This document shows, piece after piece, positions 34,480-44,935 of a stretch of DNA of 64,000 nucleotides. Both the position numbers and the translations under genes were made by a program. The number at the start of each line of letters is the position of its first letter. Position 1 is the first letter of the stretch. The stretch covers positions 1 to 64,000 of the forward strand of contig JBNJNM010000008.1 in assembly GCA_052426225.1 (NCBI GenBank). Reading direction: 5' to 3'. Under the pieces are notes generated by a model that saw nothing but the letters and a program-made list of their open reading frames with translations, did no database searches and was not told the origin of the DNA. This DNA comes from Zancudomyces culisetae HAW-14-8. Lineage: Eukaryota; Fungi; Kickxellomycota.

Positions 34480-35233
34480 TTTCTGTTCTGTCGGGTGAGG
34501 TTGGGGACAGCCTCATCCTTTGACGGGTTCTTTAGTTGCAAAAATACATGATCCATAATTCAGCAAATGGGACACGTGATATTTCGGGAGCCACTTCTAT
34601 GGAAGTGGCTCCCGAACGGTCACTATCAGATGAGTATCTGCCCTCATCTCTTTCTGACTGGATCCATCTGGGTCTAAATTTACTCATGAAGCCTGACATG
34701 TGTTAGTTGTGAGATTTTAATAGCTATTCTTGTTTTTTTTTAAACTAGTATTTATGATTAGCCGTAGCACTATTCCTAAATAACTTGTGTTCACAGTTAC
34801 TACTTATATATCTTAACATTCTGTCTTCTTAAAACTGTTATAAGAGCTAAGGAATCTTTAATGAGTCTACTTTTGTTTATATATACTATTTCGACAAAAC
34901 CACTAATAGCTATATATAATTATCCTATGTTTCATTCTTGTTTTACTGTTTTTTTACTTGTAGTTATGTTCTTACATTCGTTATCATATTCAGTTTGTTC
35001 TTATCTTTGTGGTTGATTTACTAACTAATAATCTTTTTAGTTGTATTTTTCATTTTTCATTTTTCATTTTTCATTTTATAATTTTTATGTTATTGTTTGA
35101 AGTTTTTGGATTGGATTAGTAATTGTAGTTGTAGTTGTGATAACAATGTAATTATTTTTTTTATGTTTAAGTAGTAAATAAATTATTTATTTGAAGTTTT
35201 TGAATCCCGATCTACACCGGAACACACACGACA
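34480..35233 (-). mobile_element. 5' remnant of an unclassified repeat/retroelement (terminal region plus start of ORF), copy a
   Basis: Homologous to 40369-41111 (shared TAGCCGTAGCACTATT, AAGAGCTAAGGAATC, CACACGAC); minus strand begins TGTCGTG; broken ORF MSG..DEG.YSSDSD.SGAT. Confidence 0.55.
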
Positions 35234-35332
35234 GAACAGAAAAATAATGCAATTGTTTATAAATAGAAAATGACAATTTGTATTATTCCTAACACTAGTT
35301 ATACCAGAGTTGTACTAATCAGTTTCAAAAAA

Positions 35333-35872
35333 TCAACAGAACACTGATTTTTCTTTTGAAAAAGGTCCATCCCACCCTAATCCACAATTGTTCCAATGGC
35401 AGTATCTTTCATATGCAAGTGCATCCCATTTTTGGTCTACACAGATTTTGGTTCTCAAGCGTGTTTGCATTCCGTTGCAGTCACTCACAGTATCGAGTTC
35501 AACACATCTCATATAGGTTCTAGCCAAAACTTTTACTGTAACACCAGCCTTGACCCAAGTACATATAGATTCGCCTGTTCTCAGATTTGAATCAACATTA
35601 AAGCCAATATACTGACTGATTACACTATTAGGCAAATCGTGTCCTGAGTATTTTATTTGATTTCTGTCAAAGTCCTTGTATGAGAATGACCAGTACTTGA
35701 ACCAGTCTCCCGCATTCATAGGTATTTCACCGCTCAGATCTCTCCAATATGTATGTTCCGTACAAGGGTATGCGTTGGTGACTGTAACCTTACATGCTAG
35801 GTCTTTCTGAAAATCTGAGGATGCTAAGCAGAATTGCAATAACGCAACCAAAATCAATAGCTTTTTAAACAT
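35333..35872 (-). CDS. Secreted Cys-rich protein, 179 aa, candidate aerolysin/ETX-MTX2-like beta fold
   Basis: Signal peptide MFKKLLILVALLQFCLA; 10 Cys; beta-rich ISQYIGFNVDSNLRTGESICTWVKAGVTVKVLART segment. Fold call is inference. Confidence 0.82.
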   Translation of the reverse strand: MFKKLLILVALLQFCLASSDFQKDLACKVTVTNAYPCTEHTYWRDLSGEIPMNAGDWFKYWSFSYKDFDRNQIKYSGHDLPNSVISQYIGFNVDSNLRTGESICTWVKAGVTVKVLARTYMRCVELDTVSDCNGMQTRLRTKICVDQKWDALAYERYCHWNNCGLGWDGPFSKEKSVFC

Positions 35873-37143
35873 GATAGAATGAGTTTAGAGTCTATAATCA
35901 AAGATATTTTAAAATAGTTAAACGATCTATATATTTTAACTACGGTAAAGGTTTCAATGTATTTTGGTTTTTAATAAAGAAAAAGTTGGAACATTTATAC
36001 AAACAAAGCAAACTATTAAGAATATAACAAGAATCATTTTACTATTATATACAATACTGAATAGAATAATACATCGGATCAACATAGCTACTAATATTCT
36101 AAAGTAGTTATCAATCTATAAATAGACTCAAACAGTAAACCCTTGATAATATAATTTTGCTATTAGTAACACCTACGGGACCAAAATAACTACATGAACA
36201 TAAAAATAAAGTTCATTGTGCTAGAGAGTTTCATAGTAGTTGCTTCGTGGTTTAATAATACATTATACAAAATAGGCGTTTATTTTATTCTACATTACAA
36301 ACACAATGGGTATGTGATATAAGCAGTGACTAATCCTTGTCGAAAAAAATTGAAATAATGGCTAGTGGAATTGGAATGTTTACAGGACCGGGTAGTTTTG
36401 TCTATTTTACCTCTTTTCCAGGTGCACCCCCAATATTAGTTAATGTTTTTCCATTTAAGGCAGTATTATAAATATCAATATTATTTTTAGAAATGACACT
36501 ATTATCTAAATCAGAGTTTTTTTTGAAAATACCGATACCATCAATGAGATATTTTACTCTCGTTTTCATTACTTAAATTATTTCTTATTATGGAAAGATA
36601 TTTTAAACGAATTAGATACAAAATCTGAAATCTAAAGTATTTACATAGAATTAGGTAACATTATAAATCAATCAATCTACCAATGAAATAATACTAAACG
36701 CAACAATCTTTGTCTTTTATTTGCTAGTACTACAACGCTGGTACCTAAGTAAGTGTATTTAGAAAAATCCGATATACCATATTTAGGTTAAAAATAGTAT
36801 TGTATATTACTAACTGTAATTATATCGATTATTATTATAACCTAAATATACTAAAGTTAGAGCAATAAATACTCGTTTATACCGTTCTAAAATTAGAATC
36901 TTCCACTATCTCTTTAAAGATGACATAGGATATCCGTTAAATGTGTTTAAAGAGTAAAGCAGATTACAAACAAGAAAAAATAAAAGTATAAAATGGGTCA
37001 AGATATCACTGTCAAAATAAAAAATCATCAACAGTTGAATATTCTTCAAGTGACAATTTTAAGCATAATCATAATCATTTGTATTAAAATATTGCATTAG
37101 CAATCAGCTACAAACAACGCTCATTTTAAACTAGATATCAAAA

Positions 37144-37563
37144 ATGGTAAAATCAACACTCGCACTCTTCACTGCTGCAGTTGCCACAGTATCAGTAAAT
37201 GCTGCATCCGCTCCAAGACCAAGAGCAAATGTCGGACCTATGCAACCACCTATGGAACAGGTCCAGGACTTTGGAAGATATGCTCCACCATCTCGCCCTG
37301 CCTTTAACAACCGCTTTGCCGCTCCAGCCTACCGCAAGCGTGCTGACGAGGAGGAGGAAGTTGCACCAGCTGACGACGATTCTGCTCAAACTGTTGATCC
37401 TTCAGCAGAAGGTGGTGATGCAGGAAATGGAACCGATGATCGTTGGTGGTATGGATACTATGGATACCCATACTATGGCGGATACTACGGATATCCATCG
37501 TATGGCTACGGTTACGGTTACAGCTACCCATACTACGGTGGATACTCTGGATACTACTACTAG
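37144..37563 (+). CDS. Secreted precursor with Kex2-type site, acidic spacer and Tyr/Gly-rich C-terminal peptide
   Basis: Signal peptide, Pro-rich segment, RKR, ADEEEE..DD spacer, 39-aa tail with 20 Tyr and 11 Gly. Confidence 0.9.
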   Translation: MVKSTLALFTAAVATVSVNAASAPRPRANVGPMQPPMEQVQDFGRYAPPSRPAFNNRFAAPAYRKRADEEEEVAPADDDSAQTVDPSAEGGDAGNGTDDRWWYGYYGYPYYGGYYGYPSYGYGYGYSYPYYGGYSGYYY

Positions 37564-38191
37564 GTTGGTTTTTCTAGAGTGTTGATATTTTTTCTTTCAT
37601 CGTACCTGACCCTACAGTGATTTTAATGCATTTTTATAAACCCCTAGTTTTTATGTTTAACCAATAAAGGGATTTACTAAATTAAACAATTAAAATTAAA
37701 CAACAAATATGTTAGCAACAAACTTTATTATAAATTAAATCTCTTTTTTATTAAAAGCTAACTATACAAATTATTGCCTGGAATAGCCAAAAATTGATGA
37801 GATTTATGAGTTCTCAAAGAGAGAAAAAACCTATTGAGCGAATTTTTGTTTTAAATGCTTTTCCTTGTAGTACAATTATAGTCTTTTTATGTTTATATTA
37901 TTTATGATTCTCTTTAAGTGTGATTTTACGATATCGAGTTGACTCTTTGAGATAATAAGCTAAAAATTCGAAAAGATAAAACAAATTCTACCTTTACCAG
38001 TTAAATTGGCACTAGTCAGAAATTAACCCTTTAAACAGCCTTTTTTAATCTATGAATGTTTTGCATTTGAGTGAATTTTTAATTGTCACTTTATTAGAGA
38101 GCAAGTTTACAAAGTCTAGAATTAATTATTCCTACTTGTTAAACTTTTTTCTAAAGCAAGAATCTATTATGAAGCAAAACAATCTAGAATT

Positions 38192-38587
38192 TTATTCGTT
38201 TGGGACTTTTCCTGTTGATACCCATCTGATAGAAAGGGGGCCTGACTTGAGATCTTGAGGGAAATTCCACACACCCTGCGTTATAAAATCGGTGTTTACT
38301 GTGCATACACCGCTACAGTTTCTTTCTCTGCACATCAATAATCCTCCTGATTTATCAGTGGGATTAAGAAACCTTCCTGAGCCACCCTGCTTAATGTTAT
38401 AGCATTTATGCTTTCTCATCTGGAAATTGTTTATTACACTTCCAGAATGGTCAATTGCTGAATATATTGTAGCTTGCAAGGTTGGTCGAGAGGACCCATG
38501 ATGGCGATGACGGCAATGGCCTGATACTAGCAGGGTTTGAGTAGCTGACAGAAGCTGGATAGCCAATGTATAACTTAAAATGCGCAT
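38192..38587 (-). CDS. Small secreted Cys-rich crystallin-like paralogue D (His/Arg-rich N-terminal linker)
   Basis: Signal peptide; YSAIDHSG, CYN, LNPTDKSGGLLMCRERNCSGVC, SIRW; clearly paralogous to B. Confidence 0.88.
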   Translation of the reverse strand: MRILSYTLAIQLLSATQTLLVSGHCRHRHHGSSRPTLQATIYSAIDHSGSVINNFQMRKHKCYNIKQGGSGRFLNPTDKSGGLLMCRERNCSGVCTVNTDFITQGVWNFPQDLKSGPLSIRWVSTGKVPNE

Positions 38588-40368
38588 TTTTAGAGATTTT
38601 CTTTTTCTGTAATAAACTTTGTGGCTATTTTAGTCTAGTTATGTCTATTTTAGCTGAGTTTGCAGTTTCAAATTAGGGCTTTATCTATCACTATTTATAC
38701 ATTTTAAAGAACTAAACATTTGTAATTCTAGTAAAGTAATACTTTTAGTAGACTTGTCTATACAGTATATCTTATTTGTAACAGGTGTGCTGATCAAAAG
38801 CATGTAGATCAAATACTAGGCAAAATTATTATAGATCGTACAATATATTGTAAGTTCAAACTTCTAGGTATATTTTATTTAACAATTAAAAAGATATAGA
38901 TTAACTATTAGCGAAAAAGTAAATAGACTATTGAAAAAGGAATATAAAAAATTAAAAATCTAGAAATAAAGTAGAAGAATAGTAAAATACTTCTTATCAC
39001 CTCCGGTATCAGCAGAATATTTCCACTAGAGTGCAATAAGTCGTAGACTATAAACGAAGATTTAATTTACATTTTGAAATTTTGAATGGGTGTTTGGAAT
39101 AGATATTCCCGAATATTCCATCATTTTTCATATCTGAGCCATAATTTTAGTTTTAGGTAACTAAATAGTCTATTGGTTTATTTCAATATTAATACCAGCT
39201 AGACATGTCTGATAAAATAATGAACTAATAGATTCTAGATGTACGAAAATCAATTAATCTAGTTATAGTATAACGAAAACTTCTAGACAGGTTGAGCAGC
39301 ACAAAGGTATCATCTTTAGATTTGCAATATATTAAAATTTTGCATCCGTATATCTCTTGGTATAATTTTTGAATATCGCCAATTTCTGACTAGAAGGATA
39401 AGCTCTTGATATTATTTTAAAGCTTTCTAGAGTTAAAATGATGAACAGGAATGTTCTAGTACAAAGTAATAACTCCGTTTACAATATTGTTGTAGTTGAA
39501 AGTATATATACTTATAGAGTATAATTATAGTTTGTTTGAATATTAATTATAGTGGACAGGGCTTCTAGTGCATTTCAAGTAGATTCGATAAATATACTCT
39601 TACGAATAGTGTATTTGATTTGACAAAATTCAAACCGAAGCTAAAAATTGAGCTTTATTAGTGAACACTGATAAAAAATAAATGTTTTAAATACCTAAAA
39701 CTGTTTTGTATTAGCCAAGCTTAACTATAATTTGGTCAACCAAACCATTTAACACACCAACGCAACTAGAATGTTCTAGATATTTTTGACTAGAGATAAA
39801 ATTTAATTAACGAAAATACCATATTATGTTACACTTTCAAATTCTACTTCTGTTTGTTTAGTGTATTTTTACATCGTCAAGTGAATATAGGTATGTTTTT
39901 ATTGTTATACTATACCTAAATTTAAAAACAAGTAGTGTAAATACTCTACTTTTCAGCTTATTGAAGAGATAGAATACATATTAAAGTGCAAGAAATAAAA
40001 AATTTGGTTTAGGTTTGAATTTTTAGTGAAACGACACTAGCGCGAGTAAAATTATGTAGCCTACATAATAATTCAGATCTAGGCAAGATAAATACGAATT
40101 TATTAAATATTAAAGTTGAGTTTCTCTGATATCAGTAATTTAATTTAGGTTTATTACTTTCTACTATTTGAGTGTGAGATCCACTATTTAATTAAAATTA
40201 TTTTATACTAAGTGCAACATCCCAAAACCAAGTAAAACAGCACCAGAGTACACCGATATAGTGTTTTCATATCAACCTATATCAGAATCATCAAAAAGGC
40301 ATGTCAATATTTTAATTTGAATATGAAAACAACAGATAGACAAAGTGAATATACTAAATAAAATAAAA

Positions 40369-41111
40369 TTAAAAAGATACAGGTTGTTGAGCGAGTACGG
40401 TCTGATACTCGCCTGTTGTCGGGTTTTTCATTAGCAAAAAGGCTTGATCAGCAAGCTCTCTAAATGAGTCATGTGACTCTCTGGAATCCACGTCCATATT
40501 GGTGGCTCCAGAGCAATCACTGTCTGATGAATAACAACCTTCATCTTTGGCCTGTGTATCCACGCTAATCTCAGTCTATGCATAAGACCTGACATATTAA
40601 TTGAGATTTTAATTTTTAAAGTATTATAAGCTTAACTAGCCGTAGCACTATTATCTTTTTTAGTTATAACTAAAACCAATATGTTATCCATTTGAAAATA
40701 TTCTTTCTTTATTTTCTCCTTCACTTATAAAATATTAACTACTAAAAGAGCTAAGGAATCCTCATTGAGTATTCCTTCGCTTATATATATCCTATTTAAT
40801 TAAACCCACTAAAACTAATTCAATCACCCTATTTTTAATACTTGTTATACAGAGTTTTTACCTGTGGTTTCGTTATTATATTCGTTTTCTTACTCTTGTT
40901 GTTCATATATTTGAATGTTGAGTTACTATAACCTTTTTAATTGTATTTTTCATTTTATAATTTTTTTTTGATTAAACAGTTTTTTCCAATTCGCTAAATA
41001 GTATTGCAATATTAGTGATCAGCTTTAATTTCCTTTTGTTGATGATCATGTAGCAAATATAATATATAATTTTATTAATGAATCCCTATTTACATCGGGA
41101 TACACACGACT
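40369..41111 (-). mobile_element. 5' remnant of the unclassified repeat, copy b
   Basis: Diverged homologue of 34480-35233; includes the 64-aa ORF fragment DEGCYSSDSDCSGAT. Confidence 0.55.
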
Positions 41112-41614
41112 TATTTTAATTTATACAATTTCTATTAGTTTTTTAAAAAAAAAAAATTATTAAATAAACATTAATCAAACAAAGATTAAATTATAGTTTA
41201 AAATGGATAGCAAGAAGAGTATAAAAACTAATGCTAGTAGAAAAGAATTCAATTGACAAAATAATGTTGAGTACACAGAAAAATTACATTTAGGCTTCTT
41301 CACTCATAAAAACTAGAGTTTGGAGTCTCCATAGATTTATTAATTATAATTTAATGTTAATGTTTTAATAAAACACAAAATACATCAAACTCTTCAGTTA
41401 TCTTGATTTCACGCTTTAATATCAAATAAATTTATATTGATAAAGTAATAACTTAATCATCACTTTCTAGTACAACTTTGTATTTTCTATATTCCATTTA
41501 GGTACAAAATAACTAAAAATAATGTTTAACCCAAGTGTAAATGATTAATGCAAAAAAGTGAAACTATGCAGCAATAAAAGAGTTATGAACATTAGACGAG
41601 TGATTTTCATCAGT

Positions 41615-42040
41615 TTATGGGAATGACCAGTAAACTGAATTTACAAGACCACCGATTCCATACTGCATATCTGCGGGGGTATACCATACTTGTCTTGATT
41701 CGGATCGGCAACTACCATCACATCTTTTTCCAGTGCAGAACGTTATTGTTCCCTCGCCGGGTGTGCCACCATTTAGCTTACTTGAATCAATAGGTGGCAC
41801 CTCGTAGCACCGATTTGGAGTAACTGTTTTGAAACCAATTCTACCTCTAAAGTAACTTTGTGAATACAATTCAAGGTCCAAAGTTTTTCCGGGAATCTGA
41901 TAAACACTACCCACTGAACAGAAATTGCGGTTGTCGTCATCTTGTCTTTTAGAAATATTTGTCTGGGTATCTGGAATGCTAGCACCAGCTACAAGCTTTG
42001 AGGCAATCAAAACTGCGGTTGTCAACAAAATATTTACCAT
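41615..42040 (-). CDS. Crystallin-like secreted paralogue A
   Basis: Identical to A' except the last ~18 residues. Confidence 0.88.
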   Translation of the reverse strand: MVNILLTTAVLIASKLVAGASIPDTQTNISKRQDDDNRNFCSVGSVYQIPGKTLDLELYSQSYFRGRIGFKTVTPNRCYEVPPIDSSKLNGGTPGEGTITFCTGKRCDGSCRSESRQVWYTPADMQYGIGGLVNSVYWSFP

Positions 42041-44098
42041 CTTATTTTATTTTTTGATTATTTCAAGCTATTCACCTTTTATCTAGGATAAAATTCTAAA
42101 CTTTTTTGAATTGTATAGAATAGGATTCTGAAAAAAATCTGGACTTTTTATACTTTTTGTTGTTGTGATCCTCTTCTTTGTAAGTATAATGGTGTATTGA
42201 ATTAAAATTTACTAGTGAAAATAGCTAGATAGCTGGTAACAATGACTTACAACTATTGTCATGATATCCGAATTAATCGGAAAATCGTTCCTCTAACAGC
42301 TCGCTCAAAATAGTACAACTGTTTTTAGATCATGAATTAAAAAGTTGATTAATAGGTATCAGACTTCACATTTAATGGGCATAACTTGTTTTATGATACC
42401 TAATGTCAATGCTTTTACCTTGATGTTCTCTAAAAATTAAAGAAAAACAAAGGCTTTTACTTAGAGAATCAATATTTTTGGCCGTTTACATTTGAACGAA
42501 AGAGAAAAAAAATTATTTTTAGTAATCTATTCCGGTTTTTGAGGGAAATGTAAAATCTAAAAAAAGAAATACTACAATGAGTCTAAGAAACACATTTATT
42601 CACAAACTAGCACAACTCCTAACAACGAAAAAAGACTTATCACAGTATAGATGGTACTGGTGGCTTTCAGGGTTTGTAAATTATTTTATTATGTACTAGA
42701 TTACCCGAAGTGCACCAGTTTGTTGAAAATATTAAATCTATTTTAAATCATATCGTAATCAGCATTTATAATTTGTTGAATATGTTGCATATACCTAAAT
42801 AATTGTGATTCGAGAATATTTGTAGTGATAGATGTACCGAGTTCTTATTGGTTGAAAGATTTGTTCAAGTTCTAGCACTTAATTGATTAGCTCATTTTAA
42901 GCAAATATGGTTATTAACCTCACTTCGGGATTATAGTACGAATTATATTTATGCCTTTAGAGATAATTGACATATTAATTAGGCTCTTCTACATGTTAAT
43001 TTCAAGACTAGGTAGGCGCATGATTCTAATTTAGGTAATTTAATCTTTTTATAAATAAGATTTAATGAGCAACTTTTAAAAACAATCTTAAATGTTGAAG
43101 GAAAAAGGATCAACATTAAAAACTCGCAATTTCACAATAAATCGAACCGACACCTTGGAGTATACTATTGAAACTCCAGTATTTACATACTAAATAAAAA
43201 CAAGTATGAGGCTAGGGTAGTCTCCTGGTTGACCATGCCACATATAAAGATTAATATTACTTTATTGGGCTTTGTTTACTTATAATTATAAGCCAAGTGT
43301 ACTCTTTTTGATGAAAACATGTAAATATTTATTCATAAGGCTATTATTTAGACATTAAAAACAATTTGATTCCGTTCTTTTCTATCTTTGTAAGAATGTT
43401 TTGCACGTTACTTTAGCTTTCAAATAGCTTAATATCGGGATATATTAAGGTCATTATTATTAGGTAAACTGAAAGCATCATTAGCATATGAATACATCAC
43501 ATTGTGTGATTGATAATACACCTTGATTTAGAACACGGGTTAATTCTACTCACTTGTTAATACCAAAACGCTTTTGAATAATTTATTAGTGTAAGTTCTA
43601 CCTTTCCAGAGGCTAGAAACTTGAAATCTACCTTGTCTTTTAGAACGCCCTTTGGTCTTGTTGGGTATGAGGTGTACTCCTTAGGAAGAGATCAAAAAAC
43701 GTAAATTTAGATTTATAACAAATTTGTAATTATTATGCTTCATTGGCCAGATACAATTATGTGTGTTACCAAATCTTTATTTAATTTCGAAATCTTTCCT
43801 AGATACTAAATACTTTAACCCCAAAAAATTTTTCAAATGTTCCAAAATGTTCGAAATTTCGTAATCTGAAATTGAAAACTCAAGAATATTCTAGAGAGTT
43901 CGAATTCAGTACTAAAATTTCTTTGAAAATGTAGGGGTTAAAAGTATGAAAAAATTTTCTTAAAACAAAAACAAAATGAAAATAAAAGTATATAAACCGT
44001 CTGTTTTTCCAGTTTTCTTGAATTCCTTACCATCTTTTCTTTCGCTAGGTACACAACCAGCATTTATATACATATAATAAATATAAATAAAGTCAATC

Positions 44099-44935
44099 AT
44101 GAATAATGCAAACATTTCGCAAGAAATGCTTCAGGAAATCCTCAACAGACTTACTGTTCTGGAGGAATCAGGTTCACAGCAACAGGCAGCATCAGTCCCA
44201 GAGTCAGTGGATATGGATCCGCCAGTTTCTCATATCACAGAAAGGCCACAGCCCGCCGACATGGAGCTTTACAAAGAGCTCCAAGAAGCTCTTCCAACCG
44301 TTACGGAAGACTTCTTCAAGTCCCCTCTGTCCGACATCAATCGGAAGAAGTTTTTTGCCGCCGTCCCCAGAAACTCCGCCATGGACTATGACCCTCCCGC
44401 GGTCAATGTCAAGTTGTCCAGCTCTGCCAAACGCACCGACGCCGCCATGTATGATGCGCAGTACAGGTTATCGGCAATCACCAGGCCGATTGACTTCTTT
44501 GTGCATGAGTGCATTCAGGGTGGCAGCCAAGTGCCAGTCTCCAAGGTTATTGAGTTTGCCAACTCAATCAGGATTCTCTTGGCTGATGCGGCAACGCACC
44601 TCAGCCAGTGCAGAATCAATCAGGCATACAGAGATGCGGGTGTTGAAACCGACGCACCGCAACTCTATCCAGAAACCAAGAAGTCCCTTGTCGACACAAG
44701 CCAGATTGTCGAAGCAAAGGCCAGCCAGCAAGCGGCCCAGAGGGCACTCAAGAGCTACCAGCCACGCAGGCCCAGATACACCGGTCAGAGAGCATTTCCA
44801 AGCCTCATGGGAATGCAGCAAGGCCAGCAACCACAGATCCAAGAGCCACAGCAGGTCCAGGAGCAGAGGCAGCCCCGTTTCAATGCTCCTAAGAATAATT
44901 TTCGGGGTGGCAGCAGCATCAGACCCCGAAAGTAG
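44099..44935 (+). CDS. gag: DIRS ORF1 (gag-like), copy 2
   Basis: Same protein as 27035-27871. Confidence 0.88.
   Translation: MNNANISQEMLQEILNRLTVLEESGSQQQAASVPESVDMDPPVSHITERPQPADMELYKELQEALPTVTEDFFKSPLSDINRKKFFAAVPRNSAMDYDPPAVNVKLSSSAKRTDAAMYDAQYRLSAITRPIDFFVHECIQGGSQVPVSKVIEFANSIRILLADAATHLSQCRINQAYRDAGVETDAPQLYPETKKSLVDTSQIVEAKASQQAAQRALKSYQPRRPRYTGQRAFPSLMGMQQGQQPQIQEPQQVQEQRQPRFNAPKNNFRGGSSIRPRK

Noticed and set aside
36330-36568. Minus-strand reading MKTRVKYLIDGIG..GGAPGKEVK*TKLPGPVNIP
   Set aside because: Internal stop, no signal peptide or recognisable homology; at most a relic.
37192-37585. Overlapping ORFs on the Tyr/Gly gene (128, 75, 65 aa)
   Set aside because: Alternate frames of a low-complexity repeat; only the 139-aa frame has a signal peptide.
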